NCBI GenBank assembly: GCA_964010765.1
Contig: CAXGMD010000007.1
Coordinates: 678-64,677 of the forward strand
From: an uncultured bacterium
Lineage (GTDB): Bacteria; SAR324; NAC60-12
Direction: 5' to 3'
DNA: 64,000 bases
Of the stretch, positions 58,232-64,000 are shown in pieces. Made by a program: the position numbers and the translations under genes. Position 1 is the stretch's first letter, and every line of letters begins with the position of its first letter. The notes under the pieces were generated by a model, which worked only from the letters and a program-made list of their open reading frames with translations, was not told the DNA's origin and did not search any database.

Positions 58232-60676
58232 TCAGGAGGGGAGACTAGGATTAACTGTGGAAAGATCCTCTTGATTGATGACCTCAGTGTTCTCAGATTC
58301 AGCCTTCTCTTCTTCCAATGGATCTTGAACCGAGTCAGGAAAGCGACACAGAGCATTTCTCAGAATTTCATCAACATGTTTCATTGGAAGGATTTCCAAT
58401 CCATTTGTTATCTCATCAGGGACCTCTTCCAGATCCTTCAAATTTTCATGAGGGATTAGAACGGTTTTCATTTCAGCTCGTTTTGCAGCCAGTAGTTTTT
58501 CCTTCAAACCTCCAATGGGCAAAACTTTTCCTCGTAAGCTAATTTCACCAGTCATGGCTATGTCTTTCCGAACAGGAATACCAGTCAAAGCGCTGACCAG
58601 AGAAGTGGTGATGGTTACCCCTGCTGATGGTCCATCTTTGGGGACAGCTCCCTCAGGAACATGAATGTGTATATCCGTGTCTTTAAACACTTGAGAGAAT
58701 ATTCCAAGTGAATTGGCTCTGGTTCTGACAAAACTTTGAGCTGCCTGAGCTGATTCCTTCATCACTTCACCAAGTTTCCCGGTAAGTTGGAGTTGACCTG
58801 AGCCCTTCATCACACTCACTTCGGTCATCAACAACTCTCCTCCAACTTGAGTCCAAGCCAGACCGCAAGTAACACCTACTTCATTTTTATCTTCACCCTT
58901 TGCATGCTTGTACTTGGGAGCGCCAAGTAATTCATGAACCTTTTTCTGGTTCACGATCACCTTCTGTTTAGTTTGCTTGGTTACTATTTGAGTAGCCACT
59001 TTTCGGCAAATTTTGGAAATCTCTCTCTCAAGATTCCGAACCCCTGCTTCTCTCGTGTATCGTTGTATAACCTCAGAAACAGCTTGTTGGCGTAGGCTGA
59101 TTTGCTCATTTTTGAGCCCGTTTTCTGCGGTCTGTTTGGGAATAAGATGTTGACTAGCAATGTGTTCTTTTTCTAACTCTGTGTAGCCAGATAATGTGAT
59201 TGTCTCCATTCGATCTTTCAATGCCGCAGGGATGTTCTGAGCTACATTTGCCGTGCAGAAGAAGAGAATATTTGAAAGGTCATATTCTATCTCAAGATAG
59301 TGATCCATAAAGCTCTGATTTTGCTCTGGATCCAAAACTTCAAGCAAGGCAGCTGCAGGATCACCCATCACCCCTCTATTCATCTTGTCAATTTCATCAA
59401 GAAGCATCAAAGGGTTGGAGCTTTTGGATTTCCTGAGTGATTGAATAATTTTACCAGGCATTGCTCCGATGTAGGTTCGTCGATGGCCACGTATCTCAGC
59501 TTCATCTCTGACACCACCTAGACTCAAGCGAATAAATTTTCTTCCAAGCGCCTCAGCAACTGACTTTGCGAGGGAAGTTTTGCCGACGCCGGGAGGGCCT
59601 ACTAGACAAATAATTGGTCCACGGATTTCTCCGACTTGTTTGGCTACAGCCAGATATTCAATAATTCTCTCTTTGACTTTTTCCAATCCATAGTGGTGCT
59701 GGTTGAGAATTTTTTCGGCTGCGTCCAGATCAAAGTGATCCTCAGTCTTTTGCTCCCAAGGCATGGAAAGAAGCCAATCAATGTAGTTTCTGACTACGTT
59801 CGCTTCTGCAGACATTGGCGGCATCATCTTCAGTTTTTTCAATTCACGATTGCCAATCTCCTTGGCTTCCTGGGATAGAGGAAGTTCATTGATTTTTTTC
59901 TGGTATTCTTCAATCTCAGCCTTGCCGTCTTCTTGCCCTAGCTCTCGCTGAATAGCCTTTACCTGTTCATTGAGATAATACTCTTTTTGGGTTCGTCCAA
60001 TTTGTCCTTGAACTCGTTCTTTGAGTTTTTTCTCAACTTTTTTGAATTCAGCTTCCTCGATCATTCGTTCATAGACCATTTCCAGCCGCTGCTGAGGAGA
60101 AATGGTTTCAAGTAATTTTTGCTTCCGCTGCAGATCCATGTTGAGTAGTGGTGCGATACGATCCGCCAGTCGATGGGTAGGGTCACTTTCAATTGATAAT
60201 TTCTCAATTCCTTCGGTGTGTTTCTTGACGTCTTTGAGATAGCGCTTAAGTTCACTGCGAACATTTTTGGAAAGAGCGACCATTTCGGGATTTTCTTCTT
60301 CAATTTCTTCGACAGGTTCGACTACTCCAGTGTAGTAGGGTTCTCCCATTCGAGCCTCAATGAGTCGTCCACGTTGATGAGCTTCAAAGAGTGCTTTGAT
60401 CGTCCCATTGTGCAGTCTCATGATCTGCAGTACTTGACCAATGGTTCCCATTTCAAACAAATCTTTATCCCCCGGAATTTCAACAAGGGGATCTTCTTGA
60501 GCAATTACAAAAATCTTTCGATCAGAAGCCAAAGCTTTTTCCAAGGCTGCTATGGATAGAGCTCGGCCGATGAAAAATGGGGCAGTCATGTGAGGAAATA
60601 CAACGATGTCGCGCATTGGCAACATCGGCATTTCAATAGTGTTTTGAGAGGAAGAAGCACGGGAAGAATTTGACAT
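58232..60676 (-). CDS. lon: ATP-dependent Lon protease
   Basis: [11 protein letters not shown]-domain, [35 protein letters not shown] (Ser), IGGLKEK (Lys). Confidence 0.98.
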   Translation of the reverse strand: MSNSSRASSSQNTIEMPMLPMRDIVVFPHMTAPFFIGRALSIAALEKALASDRKIFVIAQEDPLVEIPGDKDLFEMGTIGQVLQIMRLHNGTIKALFEAHQRGRLIEARMGEPYYTGVVEPVEEIEEENPEMVALSKNVRSELKRYLKDVKKHTEGIEKLSIESDPTHRLADRIAPLLNMDLQRKQKLLETISPQQRLEMVYERMIEEAEFKKVEKKLKERVQGQIGRTQKEYYLNEQVKAIQRELGQEDGKAEIEEYQKKINELPLSQEAKEIGNRELKKLKMMPPMSAEANVVRNYIDWLLSMPWEQKTEDHFDLDAAEKILNQHHYGLEKVKERIIEYLAVAKQVGEIRGPIICLVGPPGVGKTSLAKSVAEALGRKFIRLSLGGVRDEAEIRGHRRTYIGAMPGKIIQSLRKSKSSNPLMLLDEIDKMNRGVMGDPAAALLEVLDPEQNQSFMDHYLEIEYDLSNILFFCTANVAQNIPAALKDRMETITLSGYTELEKEHIASQHLIPKQTAENGLKNEQISLRQQAVSEVIQRYTREAGVRNLEREISKICRKVATQIVTKQTKQKVIVNQKKVHELLGAPKYKHAKGEDKNEVGVTCGLAWTQVGGELLMTEVSVMKGSGQLQLTGKLGEVMKESAQAAQSFVRTRANSLGIFSQVFKDTDIHIHVPEGAVPKDGPSAGVTITTSLVSALTGIPVRKDIAMTGEISLRGKVLPIGGLKEKLLAAKRAEMKTVLIPHENLKDLEEVPDEITNGLEILPMKHVDEILRNALCRFPDSVQDPLEEEKAESENTEVINQEDLSTVNPSLPS

Positions 60677-61006
60677 GCAGATTCCTGTGTAGAAGGCTAT
60701 GCAGCCTGAAGAAGAAAGAAAGTTAAGGAATGGTACATAGGAATTTTTTGCTTACTGTACTACAGATACTAAAAGCCGCGATGCTATTAGTTGTGATACA
60801 TTTAACTAAGTTAATTAATTTACTCCTTCATCAGAGATTTCGCAAGTTCTGCACCAGCTTAGATCTTGGTTTACACCAGAATCACCAATTGGAAAATGAG
60901 TACATATTTTAGGCTATGGTTGCCTTTTCGAATTGATATGTGTAGCAATATTTACTTTTTATAGCTTAATGATTTTACTACATTTAATAAGTTGGTTCAC
61001 AAAAAA

Positions 61007-61258
61007 ATGCCCTCAACATTGATTCAACTGCTCGATGCTCTCCTTGGTGCGTACAGCCTAGTTCTTCTCGGGAAGGCCATTGTCTCTTGGTTTCCTGTAA
61101 ATCCGCACAACCCTATTGTTCGCTTCCTTGATAGCCTGACAGAGCCTGTACTGACCCCAGTCAGAAAAAACGTCCCACCTGTTGCAGGGATGGATCTTTC
61201 AGTTGTTCTGGTATTGGTGGTTATTTCGATTCTAAGAAATATGATTTGGTCATTTTAG
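61007..61258 (+). CDS. yggT: YggT family membrane protein
   Basis: AIVSWF...NPIVRFL..LTEPVL.PVRK..P...GMDLS. Confidence 0.9.
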   Translation: MPSTLIQLLDALLGAYSLVLLGKAIVSWFPVNPHNPIVRFLDSLTEPVLTPVRKNVPPVAGMDLSVVLVLVVISILRNMIWSF

Positions 61259-61292
61259 GCTGTGACTCATTATCAATGAAAGAAAATTCCCT

Positions 61293-64000
61293 ATGAATTC
61301 TGATTTTATTGACGCCACAAGTAATGAGGAGGTATCTAATCCAGCACCACGGTTTGTTGTTGGACTTGGTGCCTCGGCAGGTGGATTGGATTCACTGGAA
61401 AAATTCTTCAAAAAAATGCCACCTGACAATGGCCTTGCTTTCGTGGTGGTGCAGCACCTTTCTCCAGATTACAAGTCCATGATGGTTGAACTGCTGTCAA
61501 AGCACACTCGCATGAAAGTGCAGCACGCTGTCGATGGATCAATGATTAGGCCAGATACCGTTTATTTAATTCCACCCAAAAGACAACTCACGATTGAGGA
61601 GGGAAAGCTCTATTTAGTAGAACAGGTAACAGTTTCTGGGATCAATTTGCCAATTGATATTTTTTTTCGTTCACTTGCTCGTGACCAAGAAAGTCAGGCA
61701 ATTGCCGTTATTTTATCAGGCACAGGCACAGATGGAACTTTAGGTGGCCGAGTTGTAAAAGAGGTGGGAGGTTATGTGTTGGTTCAGGCCCCAGAATCAG
61801 CCCAGTTTGACGGGATGCCGAAATCTGCGATTCAGACTGGTATTGCAGATAGTATTTTACCACCTGAGAACATGCCTCAGGAAATACTCAGGTATGTCGA
61901 ACATCCATATGCTTCCAGGTTACGTAATGAGCCCCCGTCATCTGATGAAGAAGATGTACTGCATAGGCTCCTTGCTGTCCTGCGTGAAGAAACTGGGGTA
62001 GATTTTACGGAGTATAAGTACGGCTCTCTGCTTCGGAGAATTCAACGAAGAATGGGGGTGATTCAAATCAGCACCTTGGATGAGTACCTTGAATATCTAT
62101 CTACAAACAAGGCAGAAGCCCATCTCCTTCATAGCGAATTATTGATAGGAGTTACGAGGTTTTTCAGGGATACAGAGGCCTTTGATAAACTTCGTGAAAA
62201 GGTTTTGTCGGAGTTTTTAGCAGCTCGAAAGCAAAACTCCCAGTCTCCTTTGCGCATTTGGGTAAGCGCCTGCTCAACAGGTGAAGAGGTTTATTCTCTA
62301 GCGATTTTGTTGGCAGAAGCAATGGAGCGCCACCAAACCTTCCTGAACATCAAGATCTTTGCCTCTGATGTTGATAAAAACGCACTGAATATCGCGAGTG
62401 CCGGGAGATACCCTGCAAGCATTATTGCTGATGTGCCAGTTCAATTGCTTGGCAAGTATTTCTTTAAAATTGGTGATTATTATCAGGTAGTTGAAAAATT
62501 ACGGAAGATGGTCATTTTTGCTCAACATAACCTCCTTAGAGATCCTCCATTTCACAAGCTGGACCTGATTTCTTGTAGAAATATGTTGATCTATGTCCAA
62601 TCAAGAGTGCAGAAACGTATTCTTTCGATGTTCAGCTTTGCCTTGAACCAAAATGGATTCATGTTCCTTGGGGGGAGTGAGACGCTTGGAGAAGCACAGG
62701 ATCTCTTCTGGACCGTGGATAGCCATGCTCGAATTTTTAGAAATAAAGGAGATGTCTATTTCCCAGAGTTCCAAGCTGTAGAGTCCAGTCGAATGGAAGT
62801 TAGAATGGACTCTAGGATTGGTCTGAAGGCAGGAGTTGGGGGGGATCAGCCGAAAACAGAAAAGCTGATAGAGGGAATCTATGAACATTTGATGGATCAG
62901 TATGTTCCATCTTCTGTAGTTATTGATCCGGAACTGAATATTCTACACGTATGGGGAGATATCAACGGGTTTGTTCGAATCCCCAAGGGGAATTTAACTT
63001 ATAATCTGTTGAGATTGCTGGATCAAAAGGTTGGTATAATTGTTAGTAATGCGATTCGAACTGTGCAAAAAAGCGGTGGCGAGATCATGTTCAGAGATGT
63101 TCAGATCGATACTGATGAAGGGCCAAAACGGATGAGGCTCTCAGTCACTCTTTATCGTCGGAGGCCGTTCAAACAGGATTTCTTCATCGTTACCTTCAAA
63201 AGTTTGAAGGAATTGAACGACGAGGACAAAAGGGTCAAAGAAACGACGGTTAATTTCAGCGAAGAAGCCGAAGAGCAGCTAAGAGATATGGACCGGGAAC
63301 TTCAACATACTCGGGAAAGTCTACAGACAACAATAGAAGAGTTAGAGACTACTAACGAAGAACTTCAGAGTACGAATGAAGAATTGATGTCTGCCAATGA
63401 AGAATTGCAGAGCACTAACGAGGAATTGCACTCTGTCAACGAAGAACTCTACACATTGAATGAAGAATACCAGAAAAAAATAGAGGAATTGACCAATGCA
63501 AATAATGATCTTAACAACCTGTATCTGACCACAAATATAGGGATCATCTTTCTGGATCGTCAGCTCTGCATCCGCAATTTTACTCCAGTTACCCAAGAGT
63601 ATTTCCCCCTCTTAAACCAGGATGTTGGTCGGCCGATCGCCCATCTGGCTGGAAGCTTTCCTTATCCAAATTTGATGGAGGATCTTGAAAAAGTTCTCAA
63701 GGTTCTTGTTCCAGTTAAAAGGGAAGTACAACTCAAAGATGACCGCTGGTGCCAGTTAGAGGTAAAGCCCTATCAGACAATTGAGAATCACATTGACGGG
63801 GCTGTGTTGGTTCTGCTCGATATTACAGAAATTCGCAGGTATCGGAGAAAACAAGAAGAATTGATGGAGGAAGTTGAACTTAGTAACAAGCGAATAACTC
63901 TCGCCAATGAAGTAGGAAAAGTGGCTTGGTGGGAGTGGAATTATGACAAAAAGGAGTTGATTTATCACCCCGACAAAGCCCGATGGCTCGGCTTCACGAC
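61293..64000 (+). CDS. CheB methylesterase / CheR methyltransferase / coiled-coil / PAS fusion (3' end outside the window)
   Basis: Read manually because it is absent from the ORF track: VVGLGASAGG, VQHLSPDY, ILSGTGTDG (CheB triad), LLIGVTRFFRD, CSTGEE, DLISCRNMLIY (CheR), EELQSTNEEL repeats, PAS segments; no stop codon before the window end. Confidence 0.93.
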   Translation, partial: MNSDFIDATSNEEVSNPAPRFVVGLGASAGGLDSLEKFFKKMPPDNGLAFVVVQHLSPDYKSMMVELLSKHTRMKVQHAVDGSMIRPDTVYLIPPKRQLTIEEGKLYLVEQVTVSGINLPIDIFFRSLARDQESQAIAVILSGTGTDGTLGGRVVKEVGGYVLVQAPESAQFDGMPKSAIQTGIADSILPPENMPQEILRYVEHPYASRLRNEPPSSDEEDVLHRLLAVLREETGVDFTEYKYGSLLRRIQRRMGVIQISTLDEYLEYLSTNKAEAHLLHSELLIGVTRFFRDTEAFDKLREKVLSEFLAARKQNSQSPLRIWVSACSTGEEVYSLAILLAEAMERHQTFLNIKIFASDVDKNALNIASAGRYPASIIADVPVQLLGKYFFKIGDYYQVVEKLRKMVIFAQHNLLRDPPFHKLDLISCRNMLIYVQSRVQKRILSMFSFALNQNGFMFLGGSETLGEAQDLFWTVDSHARIFRNKGDVYFPEFQAVESSRMEVRMDSRIGLKAGVGGDQPKTEKLIEGIYEHLMDQYVPSSVVIDPELNILHVWGDINGFVRIPKGNLTYNLLRLLDQKVGIIVSNAIRTVQKSGGEIMFRDVQIDTDEGPKRMRLSVTLYRRRPFKQDFFIVTFKSLKELNDEDKRVKETTVNFSEEAEEQLRDMDRELQHTRESLQTTIEELETTNEELQSTNEELMSANEELQSTNEELHSVNEELYTLNEEYQKKIEELTNANNDLNNLYLTTNIGIIFLDRQLCIRNFTPVTQEYFPLLNQDVGRPIAHLAGSFPYPNLMEDLEKVLKVLVPVKREVQLKDDRWCQLEVKPYQTIENHIDGAVLVLLDITEIRRYRRKQEELMEEVELSNKRITLANEVGKVAWWEWNYDKKELIYHPDKARWLGFT

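Noticed and set aside
60730-60912. 60-aa ORF between lon and yggT
   Set aside because: No recognisable motif; the SD-like AAGGA abuts the ATG; it lies in an AT-rich divergent promoter region. No CIRCE element was seen there either.
63337-63450. Periodic 21-nt repeat pattern
   Set aside because: It encodes the heptad coiled coil of the CheB/CheR fusion; it is not a CRISPR array or DNA repeat element.

Overview
A gene-dense bacterial chromosomal segment of about 53 CDS and moderate GC, mostly housekeeping. Gene content and style suggest a marine delta-proteobacterial-type organism such as SAR324; this is an unverified inference. Contents in order: fliG; Bacilli-like glyQS; a glutathione-dependent formaldehyde pathway (frmA/fghA) divergent from an FdhF/YdeP molybdoenzyme; a sugar ABC operon; leuCD with dppBC; a GT39 glycosyltransferase; topA; an FtsX-type permease; an extended S41 protease; an FAD-oxidoreductase/DUF1365/Cfa-methyltransferase trio (furan-fatty-acid-type); cheV; greA-tlyA-parB; phoBR; a Liv-type ABC operon; rpsU, miaA, murJ, queC, queA, ygfZ, folD; rho-rpmE-prfA; lon-xseA; yggT; and a CheB/CheR/PAS fusion that runs off the right edge and is missing from the ORF track. 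I recognised no tRNA, rRNA, CRISPR array, IS element or prophage. The strongest candidate for an undescribed system is the tightly coupled minus-strand operon at 54746-60676: lon - xseA - a catalytically dead MetA homologue (Cys->Gly, His->Asn) - a stand-alone NAD+/NMN-binding LigA domain-Ia protein - a membrane-anchored J-domain protein. Other notable signals are a shared T(T/G)GTCAGACAA palindrome upstream of two ABC operons, a 10-bp inverted repeat over the rho promoter, and a large helical insertion in a sugar permease. All family calls come from motif recognition and memory; no database searches were run.
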